Source: Gammaproteobacteria bacterium (GTDB taxonomy: Bacteria > Pseudomonadota > Gammaproteobacteria > Eutrophobiales > Eutrophobiaceae). From it: DNA of 64,000 nt. Both the position numbers and the translations under genes were made by a program. This document shows positions 19,923 through 29,792 of the stretch, in pieces. Under the pieces are notes generated by a model. The model was not told where the DNA came from. It worked only from the letters and a program-made list of their open reading frames with translations, and did not search any database. The DNA lies in assembly GCA_965222155.1 (NCBI GenBank), contig CBDCTH010000010.1, forward strand, positions 32,001-96,000. Reading direction: 5' to 3'. Positions within the stretch are counted from its first letter, which is position 1; each line of letters opens with the position of its first letter.

Positions 19923-20819
19923 ATGTATCCTGCACCATTCCGTTACCATCGCCTTGGCTCGCTCGACAGTGCGATAACGCTTTTATCAGAACTTGGCGAA
20001 GGCGCCAGGCCGCTGGCCGGAGGGCAATCGCTTATCCCTATCCTTAAAATGCGCATGGATGAACCCTCCGATCTGGTGGATATCTCACGCCTCCCGGAAC
20101 TGATGCACATCCGCAAGGTAAAAGACCGGGTTTGCATCGGCGCACTAGTGACCCATGCCCGGATTGCCGCGTCAGCCGTAGCCGATGATATCCCCATTAT
20201 CCGGGACTGCGCCGGGCGCATAGGTGACCCGCAGGTAAGAACCCTGGGGACCATCGGCGGGTCGGTCAGCATCGCCGACCCCAGCAGCGACTGGCCGGCC
20301 CTGCTGCATACCCTGGATGCCGACATCGTCTGCCAGGGGCCTGCAGGAAGCCGCAAAGTCGGTATCAGGGAATTCATTACGGACTCATACACCAACAGTC
20401 TGGCTGACGCTGAACTGGTCACGGAAATCCAGGTACCCATGCCGCCGGCGCACAGCGGCGGCGCTTACCTCGGTTTCAAGAAAGCCGCCCCGGCTTACCC
20501 GGCCGCCTCGGTCGGTGTGCAGTTAACCCTGGCAGCCGGCAACATCTGTCATGACATCCGCCTGGTATTGGGAGCGGCAGGCCCAACGCCGGTCACCTCC
20601 GGGGAGGTTGAGCAGTCGCTTATCGGCTACCCCTTGACTGAAAAAAAACTGCAAGAGGCCGCCGCTGCGCTGATAGAGTTGGCTGACCCGCCTACAGATG
20701 CACGCGGTTCTGCGGAGTTTAAACTCGTTATTCTGCGTTCTCTGTTTATGCGCGCCGCGCATACGGCTATACAGAGGGCGATGGGTGAAAAGATCACTGG
20801 GAGCCATGATTATGTGTGA
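19923..20819 (+). CDS. Molybdenum hydroxylase FAD-binding subunit (CoxM/CutM-like)
   Basis: LAGGQSLIP, IGDPQVRTLGTIGGS, ADPSSD. Confidence 0.9.
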   Translation: MYPAPFRYHRLGSLDSAITLLSELGEGARPLAGGQSLIPILKMRMDEPSDLVDISRLPELMHIRKVKDRVCIGALVTHARIAASAVADDIPIIRDCAGRIGDPQVRTLGTIGGSVSIADPSSDWPALLHTLDADIVCQGPAGSRKVGIREFITDSYTNSLADAELVTEIQVPMPPAHSGGAYLGFKKAAPAYPAASVGVQLTLAAGNICHDIRLVLGAAGPTPVTSGEVEQSLIGYPLTEKKLQEAAAALIELADPPTDARGSAEFKLVILRSLFMRAAHTAIQRAMGEKITGSHDYV

Positions 20820-20837
20820 ATTTTTACAAATACTGCC

Positions 20838-20892
20838 CTGGATTCCGGGCCTGCCCTGGCATGTTGTAAGGCAGGGTCAAGCCCGGAATGAC
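20838..20892. repeat. REP with nested ~28-bp mini-palindrome
   Basis: CTGGATTCCGG[GCCTGCCCTGGCATGTTGTAAGGCAGG]GTCAAGCCCGGAATGAC. Confidence 0.7.
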
Positions 20893-20911
20893 AGCGTCGG
20901 GAGCTATAAAT

Positions 20912-21418
20912 ATGTCTGAGCCATTACAAACCGTGCCCATTAACCTTACCGTAAACGGTAAACCCTGCCAACGAAACGTGGAGCCCCGGCAACTGCTGGT
21001 GGAATTCATCCGCGAGGAGCTGCGTCTGACCGGCACGCATATCGGTTGTGATACCAGCTTCTGCGGCGCCTGTACCGTCCTGCTGGACGGCGCAGCCATC
21101 AAATCATGCACCTTGTTTGCCGTACAGGCTGACGGCGCAGAGATCACCACCGTCGAGGCACTGGAAAAAGATGGGCAGTTACATCCCCTGCAACAGGCAT
21201 TTTCCGAACAGCACGGCCTGCAATGCGGCTATTGCACACCGGGGATGCTCATGTCTTCGGTGGCGCTGCTCGCGGAAAACCCGGAACCGGATGTACAGGA
21301 CATTCGCAAAGCCCTGTCGGGAAACGTTTGCCGCTGCACCGGCTACCAGAACATCATCAAATCCGTACAGGCAGCAGCCACAGTGTTAGCCCGGAATTCT
21401 CACCAGGTGATGCGATGA
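20912..21418 (+). CDS. Molybdenum hydroxylase [2Fe-2S] subunit (CoxS/CutS-like)
   Basis: [29 protein letters not shown]. Confidence 0.92.
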   Translation: MSEPLQTVPINLTVNGKPCQRNVEPRQLLVEFIREELRLTGTHIGCDTSFCGACTVLLDGAAIKSCTLFAVQADGAEITTVEALEKDGQLHPLQQAFSEQHGLQCGYCTPGMLMSSVALLAENPEPDVQDIRKALSGNVCRCTGYQNIIKSVQAAATVLARNSHQVMR

Positions 21419-21653
21419 TTGCGCAGGATTTTTGCCGCCAGCGGGTGCCGGAGCCTGCCCCGTACTTGATACGGGGACCGAAAGCATAGCCGTAGCTATG
21501 GTAGAGGAAGCATGTGCCCGTAGGCGTAAAAAAGACAAGCGAGGGCGCATCAAGCGCTGTATGTAATAGCAACATAGTGAATAATGTTTACTAACTCAAT
21601 GACAACAAACATGTATCCGATAGCAACAAGCGACCTGGTGAGAAATCCGGGCT
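21388..21653. mobile_element. MITE family B, copy 2
   Basis: TIRs AGCCCGGAATTCTCACCAGGT / ACCTGGTGAGAAATCCGGGCT; shares gatgcgatga..ttttgccgccagcgggtgcc and aaagcatagccgtag with copy 1. Confidence 0.8.
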
Positions 21654-21670
21654 CCAGGGGGGCATAAATC

Positions 21671-24600
21671 ATGGAAATGAAATTTTCAGGTGAATTCAAG
21701 GTAGACCTTCCTAAACAAGAGGTTTTTTCACAGCTGTCGGATCCGGAAAAATTTGCGCCCTTATTACCGGGTTTCCATAGTATGGAAATGAAAGACGGCA
21801 AAACGGCCGTTATACGCGCCAGAGTCGGGATCGGCAAAATCGGCGGTATCGCGACAACGGAATTAATGCTGAATAAATCCGAACCTCCCCACCACGCCCA
21901 GTACGTCGGCAGGGGCAAACTCATGCAGGGCGTTTACACGGTACGCACCTCTTTTGACCTGACGGACAACGCTGCCGGTACCCAGATCGGTTGGCAGGGA
22001 GAAACCCAGCTGACCGGTAAAATCCTGTCACTGGCAGGCGGGGGCATTCGCGGCTATGCGGAAAAAGAGATCAATAAACTGATTGCCAGCCTGGAAGCGG
22101 CATTATCTCCGGAAGCCGCGCCGGCAGGACCGGCCAAACCGGGGGGCTGGCTCAGTCGTATCATGCATGGACTCACTGGCAGGAGCGAAACCGAAGCGCC
22201 GGCCCTGGTCGAAAAGCAAAGCGCAGCGATGCTTTCGGAAGAGTTGCATGAGGCACGCAACGCTGTCCGCGCACGAGTCAATGCAATGCTCGATGTACCG
22301 CACTACGAGGCAAAGCCGGCAAGAAGAGAAGATGACCGGTTAATCAAAGGCAAAGGCTTTTTTGTTGATGACTTCAGCCCGGCCGGTCTGTTACACATGT
22401 CCCTGGTGCGTTCACCCTATGCCCACGCCCGAATTGTTGACATTGACGTGTCCAAAGCGGAGGCATTGCCCGGCGTGGTCTGCACCCTGACCGGCAAGGA
22501 CATCATGGAAATGAGCGATCCTTTTATCCAGATCGGGGCCGGAGCGCCGCAGAATATTACCGATTACGCACTGGCAACGGACAAGGCGCTGTACCAGGGG
22601 GATCCGGTCGTCGCCGTTGTCGCCGAAACCATCGCCATCGCCGAGGATGCCGTGCAATTGGTTGAAGTGGAATACGAGCCTCTGGACGTCTTGCTGAATG
22701 CCGAGGAGGCACTGGAAGATCAGACTGTTCTCCATGATGAGGCCGCTACCAACGTGATTTACCAGGGGATGTATGAATACGGCGAGGTGGATAAAGCCTT
22801 CGAGGAAGCGGCCCACGTCGTCAAGATAGACAAACTGCATTTCCACCGCTTCGGCAGTACCGCCCTTGAACCCAATGCCTGCGTCGCCACCTGGGACCAG
22901 CGCGGGGACATAGATTTATTCTCCAACACCATTATGACGATCCCCCTGGTATTCCTGGCGCCGGCGCTACGCGTCAGCATGAACCAGATCCGCCTGCGCA
23001 CTTATGACATCGGCGGCAGTTTCGGCAACAAGATCACCAATTACCCCTACCTGGCCCTGGCTTGTCTTGCCTCGAAAAAAACCAACGGCGCGCCGGTCAA
23101 GTGGATAGAAACCCGCGCCGGGCACCTGCTGGCAGGGGGACACGGCAGCGAACGAACCTACCTGGATACCGAGGTCGCCCTGGACAGTGACGGAGTCATT
23201 ACCGCTATCCGCTCGCGCCATATCGATGACGTCGGCGCCTATCCCCGTTACGAACCGCTGGGTTCCGTCATCTGGTCCCAGGTCCTCCCGGCTGCCTACA
23301 AGCTGCGCAATATCAGGATCGACTTCAACCAGGTCAATACCAATAAGGGTCCGGCCGCACCTAATCGCGGTTATTCACGGCTGCCGCATATCTGGTTTAT
23401 GGAACGGGTGCTGGATATCTGCGGACACGAGCTTGGGATTCCTACTGACGAAATGCGCCTGAAGAACTATATTGAAGAATTCCCGTACGAAACACCTAAC
23501 GGCTGTGTCTATGATTCCGGTGATTTTCCCGCCATGCTGGCCGAAGCCAAGAAACTGGTCGGCTGGGATGACTGGAAGGAGAAGCAACGGGAAGCCCGGG
23601 AAGCAGGTCGATTGATAGGCATCGGCATCGGCACCACCCTGGATTCCGGCACCAATAACTGGGGACAGGCCAGGTATGTCAACCCTGACGCGCCGTTCTC
23701 AGGCAATTCCACCGCCGCCACGGTTAAACTCGACATGGACGGCGCGGTTGTTGTCAGTCTTGGCACCTTCCCCCAGGGGCAGGGACATGAAACCACTGCT
23801 GCGCAAGTGGTGGGCGAGGTGTTGGGCATCTCTCCTGATTTGGTTCACGTGAAGACGGGATTTGATTCACTCAACGACAGCCATACCGGTCAATCGGGCA
23901 CCTATGCCAGCCAGTTCGCAGTGACCGGCTTGTCGGCAGCCCACGGCGCCGCGGTCAAACTTAAGGCGGAAATAATCAAACTGGCCTGCTTTGCATTGGA
24001 GGCAACGGAACAGGAACTGGAATTCGGCGTCGGCGACATGGGGCCACAAGTTGGCGTTAAAGGCACCGACAAGGCCATCAACTACTGGATGCTTGCCAAC
24101 TTCATCAACTCGAACAGCGCCACCCTGCCGGAAGAACTGCGCGACCTGTCGTTGAACGCGCGCCACGTCTATATGCCGCCGTTCCAGGTGCCGGACGTGG
24201 AGAAAAAGTTCGGGAATTTAACCCTTACCTACGCGTTGCAACTGCATATTTCCGTGGTCGAAGTCAACCCGGAAACGTTTCAGACCAAAATACTGGATTA
24301 CGCCATTGTCGATGACTGCGGCAAGGTGATTAATCCCATGATTGTGGAAGGTCAGGTACACGGCGCGGCAGCTCACGGTATCGGCGCCGCCCTGATTGAA
24401 GACTTACCCTACGATGCGGACGGAAATGCCATTTCCGGTTCGTTTACCGATTACGCTCCCATTACCATCAGCAGCATGCCGGATCTCAAGTGTTCTAACC
24501 GGCAATCGCCCTCCCCCTTTACTTTCCACGGCGCCAAGGGCATGGGTGAAGGCGGCGGCGCGCCGTTACATTCCATATGCGCCGCCCTGCAGGACGCTTT

Positions 24601-24706
24601 GCACGGGAAAGATATCATTATCGAGAACTCCCATAACTCCCCCATGTCCATGTTTAACCGGTTTGCAAATGGTGCAGAAAAAGGCGTCAACGTTGAGTCA
24701 CGTTGA
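21671..24706 (+). CDS. Molybdenum hydroxylase large subunit (CoxL-like) with N-terminal CoxG/SRPBCC domain
   Basis: First ~145 aa CoxG-like; then RREDDRLIKGKG, RSPYAHA, GGSFGNK, active-site loop APNRGYS, QGQGHET, GAKGMGEGG. Confidence 0.88.
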   Translation: MEMKFSGEFKVDLPKQEVFSQLSDPEKFAPLLPGFHSMEMKDGKTAVIRARVGIGKIGGIATTELMLNKSEPPHHAQYVGRGKLMQGVYTVRTSFDLTDNAAGTQIGWQGETQLTGKILSLAGGGIRGYAEKEINKLIASLEAALSPEAAPAGPAKPGGWLSRIMHGLTGRSETEAPALVEKQSAAMLSEELHEARNAVRARVNAMLDVPHYEAKPARREDDRLIKGKGFFVDDFSPAGLLHMSLVRSPYAHARIVDIDVSKAEALPGVVCTLTGKDIMEMSDPFIQIGAGAPQNITDYALATDKALYQGDPVVAVVAETIAIAEDAVQLVEVEYEPLDVLLNAEEALEDQTVLHDEAATNVIYQGMYEYGEVDKAFEEAAHVVKIDKLHFHRFGSTALEPNACVATWDQRGDIDLFSNTIMTIPLVFLAPALRVSMNQIRLRTYDIGGSFGNKITNYPYLALACLASKKTNGAPVKWIETRAGHLLAGGHGSERTYLDTEVALDSDGVITAIRSRHIDDVGAYPRYEPLGSVIWSQVLPAAYKLRNIRIDFNQVNTNKGPAAPNRGYSRLPHIWFMERVLDICGHELGIPTDEMRLKNYIEEFPYETPNGCVYDSGDFPAMLAEAKKLVGWDDWKEKQREAREAGRLIGIGIGTTLDSGTNNWGQARYVNPDAPFSGNSTAATVKLDMDGAVVVSLGTFPQGQGHETTAAQVVGEVLGISPDLVHVKTGFDSLNDSHTGQSGTYASQFAVTGLSAAHGAAVKLKAEIIKLACFALEATEQELEFGVGDMGPQVGVKGTDKAINYWMLANFINSNSATLPEELRDLSLNARHVYMPPFQVPDVEKKFGNLTLTYALQLHISVVEVNPETFQTKILDYAIVDDCGKVINPMIVEGQVHGAAAHGIGAALIEDLPYDADGNAISGSFTDYAPITISSMPDLKCSNRQSPSPFTFHGAKGMGEGGGAPLHSICAALQDALHGKDIIIENSHNSPMSMFNRFANGAEKGVNVESR

Positions 24707-24855
24707 AATCGGAACAACGCGTACATCGTCGAGTCACGTTGAAATCGGAACAACGCGTACATCGTCATACTGGCGAATGCCAGTATCCAGTAAATTAACC
24801 TTCTTTATTTATATGGGTGATTTTTCCTCTGGATACCGGCATTCGCCGGCATAAC
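24695..24855. repeat. 36-bp tandem duplication followed by a REP-like doublet
   Basis: GAGTCACGTTGAAATCGGAACAACGCGTACATCGTC x2 (24695-24766), then GTCATACTGGCGAATGCCAGTATCCAG...CTGGATACCGGCATTCGCCGGCATAAC. Confidence 0.85.
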
Positions 24856-24875
24856 GGGAGAGCGTTAACATATTT

Positions 24876-25868
24876 GTGGCTGTTTCTTTTCACATAGGCA
24901 TTCTTCCCAACCGGCCTTTAGCGGATTTTGTCGGTTGGGTGGCCCGCGCCGAGACTCTGGGTTTCGGCGGGGTCTGGGTGGCGGATTCCCAGTCCGTATT
25001 CCGCGATGCCTTCATGGCCCTGACCCTGTTCGCCGACCGCACCAAACGGATGGAACTGGCAACCGGCGTGACCAACATAATTACGCGACACCCTGTGGTT
25101 CTGGCCCATAGTTTTGCCACACTGAACGAATATTCCAACGGGCGCGCCGTACTCGGGATCGGTGTCGGGGATAGCGCCGTCCATACCATTGGGGAAAAAC
25201 CTGCCAAACTCAAACGTATGGAAGAAATCATCAACGTGATCAGGAGATTAATGGCCGGCGAGGAGGTCAATTTCGACGGTCAGGATATCAGGGTCAGCTG
25301 GCCACCATGCAAAGTGCCCGTGGTCATCGCCTGTAGCGGCCCCAGGTCCCTGCAACTGGCCGGGCGTATTGCCGACGGCGTGTTGTTCCAGGTGGGGGCC
25401 GACCCGGACCTGGTGCGTTATGCCAAAAAGAATATCGGAATCGGCGCCCGCCAGGCCGGGCGCGTCCTGTCCGAGATCAAGCTGTATCAGCGTCTGGCCT
25501 TTGCCGTGTCCGAAGACCGTGAACAGGTACGCGCAGAAGCCCGCGGTTACGCGTCGGTGGCTGCTGGAACAATCTATGGGGCCGTACCGGAAGAGGATAT
25601 CCCTGCCGACCTGCGCAGCGACTTGCAACTCATGAAAGAAAAATATGATTACCAGCAACACGGCAGCATGGACTCGGAACACGCCGGGTTGATCACCGAC
25701 CGGATACTCGATGCGGTGGCTATAACGGGTACGCCGGACGAGGTGATACCCAGGTTACGAGAATTGACGGACCTTGACATAGATAATTTTGTCCTGCCAA
25801 TCGCCACAAAACACCCTGATGCGGTTATTCATACCCTGGCTGAAAAGGTCATACCTTACATCAGTTAG
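24876..25868 (+). CDS. LLM-class oxidoreductase (Mer-like, possibly F420-dependent)
   Basis: AETLGFGGVWVADSQ, LATGVTNIITRHP, GRAVLGIGVGDS, GPRSLQLAGRIADG. Confidence 0.85.
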   Translation: MAVSFHIGILPNRPLADFVGWVARAETLGFGGVWVADSQSVFRDAFMALTLFADRTKRMELATGVTNIITRHPVVLAHSFATLNEYSNGRAVLGIGVGDSAVHTIGEKPAKLKRMEEIINVIRRLMAGEEVNFDGQDIRVSWPPCKVPVVIACSGPRSLQLAGRIADGVLFQVGADPDLVRYAKKNIGIGARQAGRVLSEIKLYQRLAFAVSEDREQVRAEARGYASVAAGTIYGAVPEEDIPADLRSDLQLMKEKYDYQQHGSMDSEHAGLITDRILDAVAITGTPDEVIPRLRELTDLDIDNFVLPIATKHPDAVIHTLAEKVIPYIS

Positions 25869-25888
25869 AAACTGCCGGAGACAGCAGC

Positions 25889-25955
25889 CGGGGACAGAAT
25901 TTAATTCCGTCCCCTTTTTGCCGGTGTCCGGGGACTCGGAATTTAATTCCGTCCT
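25889..25955. repeat. Degenerate GGGGAC..GTCCCC palindrome with partial duplicate; may act as terminator
   Basis: ggggacagaatttaattccgtcccc followed by ttttt, then ggactcggaatttaattccgtcc. Confidence 0.55.
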
Positions 25956-26025
25956 CTGATTATGGTACATTTATATGTTAATCTACACTGAAATAGTATT
26001 TTTACCTTTACAGGAGATATAAAAA

Positions 26026-26319
26026 ATGTTCAAGAAACTTCCAATACTCTTAGTGCTGCTGTCTGTTTTACTGCCCGGATACGTTGCTGCGGCTGACGAT
26101 TATGTTCCCACTCTGATCACGGATACCCCGTATGAAGGCCGCCAACTGGCCATTAAACTGGCTAGAAAATCCATCGGTGAAATGCAATCGGACCCGGCGG
26201 TTAAAAAGCAGGTACGCTCAGTTTACTCCCAGGACGGCGCGATGCTGATTGATGCAGCCGAGGTGATCGCTATTGAGTTCAGCACCATAGCCGCGGCGAA
26301 TAATTACTGGCGTAAATAA
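26026..26319 (+). CDS. Hexameric tyrosine-coordinated heme protein (HTHP) with signal peptide
   Basis: PTLITDTPYEGRQLAIKLAR...VRSVY...FSTIAAANNYW is HTHP-like; N-terminal Sec signal ending AAA. Confidence 0.8.
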   Translation: MFKKLPILLVLLSVLLPGYVAAADDYVPTLITDTPYEGRQLAIKLARKSIGEMQSDPAVKKQVRSVYSQDGAMLIDAAEVIAIEFSTIAAANNYWRK

Positions 26320-26400
26320 GTTTTTTCCCGGCCAAACTGCCTGCCCCTGCCTGCTGCCTGCCTGACGCCGAGGCAGGCATAAGCCCTGCCTGTATATTAG

Positions 26401-26844
26401 CTATTTAAACTCTACAGCACACTGAAAATAGTGGACGTCCCGCGGCAATGTCGCCCCGGGCCCGACTTCCATGGGCCAACCATTACCTGTAAAACACTTG
26501 CATTGACCACCTGAACCTGAACCATCCTTCCCGAGCACCGCTGTGACTAAAGAAGCAAACAGCTTGGCGCGCTTGTTTCTTACTATTGCCACTATCTCCC
26601 CTTTTCCCTTAGAACAACCCGCGTTGTCGGCAAGTCTTGCGAAGTCATCGGATGAAGTGCCACGTCCGTACCTGATTTGGAATGTAGTACCGGCAGGCGG
26701 CTCCCAACCAGACTGATTGGGATCTAAATTCGCAGAACCGCCAGTCAGATCTTCGAGCGTGAACCACGCGGGATAGCCGCCGGCAAACCCGGCATGGCTG
26801 AGGATGACCGAGAGCAAGAGTATGGCGATAGTTGTGAGTTTCAT
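26401..26844 (-). CDS. Secreted hypothetical protein (4 Cys)
   Basis: Signal peptide MKLTTIAILLLSVILSHAGFA; 147 aa; AAGGA RBS. Confidence 0.65.
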   Translation of the reverse strand: MKLTTIAILLLSVILSHAGFAGGYPAWFTLEDLTGGSANLDPNQSGWEPPAGTTFQIRYGRGTSSDDFARLADNAGCSKGKGEIVAIVRNKRAKLFASLVTAVLGKDGSGSGGQCKCFTGNGWPMEVGPGATLPRDVHYFQCAVEFK

Positions 26845-26948
26845 GTTAGTTCCTTCGTTGAGTGATGGTGATAGTTGTGGGTTTCATGTTACTCCCTCCG
26901 TTGAGTGTTAGTAACAAATAGATTTCTCCGCCTTATCCAGTTGCGGAG

Positions 26949-28994
26949 TTATATCGGTGATATTTCTACCCGGGCATCATAGGCGGCCTGCCCGGTGCTG
27001 AAAGGAAACATGTTGACAGCGCTGTCCGGGATGCACTTCCCGCCGGAGGTCAGGTTATTGAAACCGGGCCAGCCGTCATGCATCCATACCGTACCCGGCG
27101 GCACGTCGTCGGTCACCCTGGCTAACGCGTCACATTCACCGCGCTCATTGTATATTTTGATCGGCATGCCGTTTGCCAGCCCGCGCGCGGACGCATCCGC
27201 GTTCGATATCCACAGGGTTGCCCCGTCTTCGAGCTTGTCAATGGAAGGCAAGGCGCGGCCGTGATCGTAGAACGCATGAAAATGCGTCAGCATCCTGCCG
27301 TTGCGTAATTCCAGAGGAAACCCGGAGGCGGGACGCGCCTGGTAATCCGGCAAGGGCGGCAACCCGTGTTCTGCAGCTTGTTCGGAATAAAACTCAATTT
27401 TCCCTGACGGTGTGGCATAACGATGGTCGATATGCGCCACGTGGGAAATATTCAACTCCCCGATACCTCCTTGAGCGCGTAAGGAGGCGACGCTCGCATG
27501 ACCGGTAGACGGATGATCCAATACCGCGTCGATATGGCCGTTATCGGATTCCCACGGATAAAAATCATCGATACTCAGCCGCTGTGCCAGGTCTTTGAGC
27601 AGCGCAGTCATGGAGCGGGCCTCCCCGGCAGGTGTCAAGGCCTGCTCCATGAGATACAGGTGCGTGTGGGTGCTTTTAACGCCTGTGTCTTCCAGCCACG
27701 CCGTTGCCGGCAACATGATATCCGCATATTGTCTGCTCATATCATTCATAAACAGATCATGACAGACGATCAGGTCCATTTGCGCCAGCCCCTGCTCCAT
27801 GCGTTGTGCATCGGCGTAAGACGACAACATGTTGGTGCCCAGCATCAGGAAGGCGCGCACGCGGCCCTCCACTATGGCATCAAGAATGGTCGACATCTGG
27901 TTGGGGATATAATTGCCCGGCGGGCGGGCCTCGAAATTCAGGATATGCTGAGTGGCAAAACCATGGGACATGGCGGCATGTCTGGGCCCCAGACCACTGC
28001 CGGGTTTGCCGGATTTTCCGGTGAGTGGCGGCAAACAGGATACGGCGCGGCTTGCCTGCCAGCCGTTCTGGTCCTTGTATATGGAACTGCCGCCCAGCAG
28101 GATCATCGCCCGTTCCGTAGTGGCGTAATCACGGGCAAACCCGCTGATGCGATCGGCATCGATACCGGTGATCGCTTCAGCCCAGTCTGGCGTCAGGCGC
28201 TTTACGTGTTCCTGTAACTGCGTAAAACCGAGGGTGTGGTTGTTAATGAATTCCTTATCGTGTTTATTCTCGGCAATGATCACGTGCATCATGGCCAGAG
28301 CAAACGCGGCATCTGTCCCGGGCCTCACGATGAAATACTCGTCCGCCAGACGGCACGCCTCACTGACCCGCACATCAATGACAATCACTTTTGCGCCGCG
28401 CCGTTTTGCCGCTGTAATATGTCTGCCCGTATTCGGTTGACTGGCAATGTTTGCGCCCCAGAGGATGATCAGGTCCGAGTGCTTCCCCATGTCTTCCTTG
28501 GTATTGGCCTCCAACGTCCCGGTCAGACCGAGGCCGAAACCACCCAAGCCCCAGCAGATCATAGCGGGGTTCCACCACTGGCAGCCATACATATTACCGA
28601 ACCTCAAGGCCAGTTCAGCATGGGCGAAAGTACCATAGTCGTTGGCCAGCGCGCCATGACCGGGCCACACACCCACGGCTTCCCGCCCGACGGCCTGAAA
28701 ACCATTAACGATACGGTCCAGGGCTTTATCCCAGTTCACTCTACGCCAATCATCACTCCCGCGCGTCTCACGCACCATGGGGTATAAAATGCGCTGGGGA
28801 TTATCGATAATCTCGTCGGCAGCCTGGCCCCGTACACAAAGAAATCCGCGGCTGTCGGGGTTCTCTTTATCACCCTTTATTTCGACAAGTTGGTCGTCTT
28901 TCACGTTGACCAGCATCCCGCAGAGTGTGGGATGGCAATTCATGGGGCACATGGTACGGATAGTACGGCTTTCTTTGGAGCTGTTGCTAGTCAT
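26949..28994 (-). CDS. Molybdopterin (bis-PGD) oxidoreductase, DMSO reductase superfamily
   Basis: N-terminal CPMNCHPTLC...C [4Fe-4S], ILWGAN, RPGTDAAFAL, YADIMLPATAWLE, TPSGKIEF; no Tat signal. Confidence 0.9.
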   Translation of the reverse strand: MTSNSSKESRTIRTMCPMNCHPTLCGMLVNVKDDQLVEIKGDKENPDSRGFLCVRGQAADEIIDNPQRILYPMVRETRGSDDWRRVNWDKALDRIVNGFQAVGREAVGVWPGHGALANDYGTFAHAELALRFGNMYGCQWWNPAMICWGLGGFGLGLTGTLEANTKEDMGKHSDLIILWGANIASQPNTGRHITAAKRRGAKVIVIDVRVSEACRLADEYFIVRPGTDAAFALAMMHVIIAENKHDKEFINNHTLGFTQLQEHVKRLTPDWAEAITGIDADRISGFARDYATTERAMILLGGSSIYKDQNGWQASRAVSCLPPLTGKSGKPGSGLGPRHAAMSHGFATQHILNFEARPPGNYIPNQMSTILDAIVEGRVRAFLMLGTNMLSSYADAQRMEQGLAQMDLIVCHDLFMNDMSRQYADIMLPATAWLEDTGVKSTHTHLYLMEQALTPAGEARSMTALLKDLAQRLSIDDFYPWESDNGHIDAVLDHPSTGHASVASLRAQGGIGELNISHVAHIDHRYATPSGKIEFYSEQAAEHGLPPLPDYQARPASGFPLELRNGRMLTHFHAFYDHGRALPSIDKLEDGATLWISNADASARGLANGMPIKIYNERGECDALARVTDDVPPGTVWMHDGWPGFNNLTSGGKCIPDSAVNMFPFSTGQAAYDARVEISPI

Positions 28995-29027
28995 TGATAT
29001 CAATCACTTGTAACCAGCGGCGACAGT

Positions 29028-29660
29028 TTACTTCACCTGTAGCAGATAAGCGGATTGAGGACAGGTATGCCCTTTTACCACCGTTTCGGATTCCTCCAGA
29101 AATTCCACCTCACACCACGGCTTATACAAGGTATTGACTTCATCATCGTACACCTGATGAGGTGGCGGCTTGATTTGTCCGTCCTCGTAACTCAGGGTGA
29201 GCAATAAAGTTTTGCTGCCTGGTTGCAGTAAACCATTGAGTTTATCAACGTATTTTGTGCGCATGTCCGCGGGTAAAGCTATCAATGAGCCGCGGTCAAA
29301 CACCGCAACCACGTTATGTAACATAGCCGGCGTCAATAAAAAGAAATCTCCACTATATATTTGGATGAGATCTGACTTGTAGCAGATAAACGGTCCGACT
29401 TCGCGCCGCGTTGCATCCATACCGTGTTCTTCGAAAAATGAGCGCGCGGCAATTTCACTCAATTCCACGCCAAGTACGTCATAGCCCTGCCCGGCCAGCC
29501 ATAGCATATCCTTGGATTTACCGCACAGGGGAACAAACACCTTGCTGCCGCCGGGAATATCCAAACCAGCCCAATGCCTGACCAGCACGGGATTAAAATT
29601 GTCCTGGTGGAAGCCAAGTTCATTGGTTTCCCACTTTTCATGCCAGAATTGATGTTCCAT
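29028..29660 (-). CDS. tpm: Thiopurine S-methyltransferase
   Basis: FWHEKW...GFHQ, VFVPLCGKSKDM, GVELS, FDRGSLIALP. Confidence 0.92.
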   Translation of the reverse strand: MEHQFWHEKWETNELGFHQDNFNPVLVRHWAGLDIPGGSKVFVPLCGKSKDMLWLAGQGYDVLGVELSEIAARSFFEEHGMDATRREVGPFICYKSDLIQIYSGDFFLLTPAMLHNVVAVFDRGSLIALPADMRTKYVDKLNGLLQPGSKTLLLTLSYEDGQIKPPPHQVYDDEVNTLYKPWCEVEFLEESETVVKGHTCPQSAYLLQVK

Positions 29661-29792
29661 ATATATCGAATAGTGTGGTAAGCCCTGTTTTACCGGTTAA
29701 AGACTCCATTCTAAACACCCATGCACCCTCTTTACAATAGCCAAGGGGGTTAGCGGTATTATGATAATGTCGCTGATATATTATAAAAAGGC

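Noticed and set aside
19923-24706. Aerobic CO dehydrogenase (coxMSL)
   Set aside because: The active-site loop is PNRGYS, not AYxCSFR or AYRGAGR, and coxDEF are absent.
24876-25868. Methanogen-type mer
   Set aside because: No H4MPT pathway genes are visible; Mer-like LLMs are widespread with other substrates.
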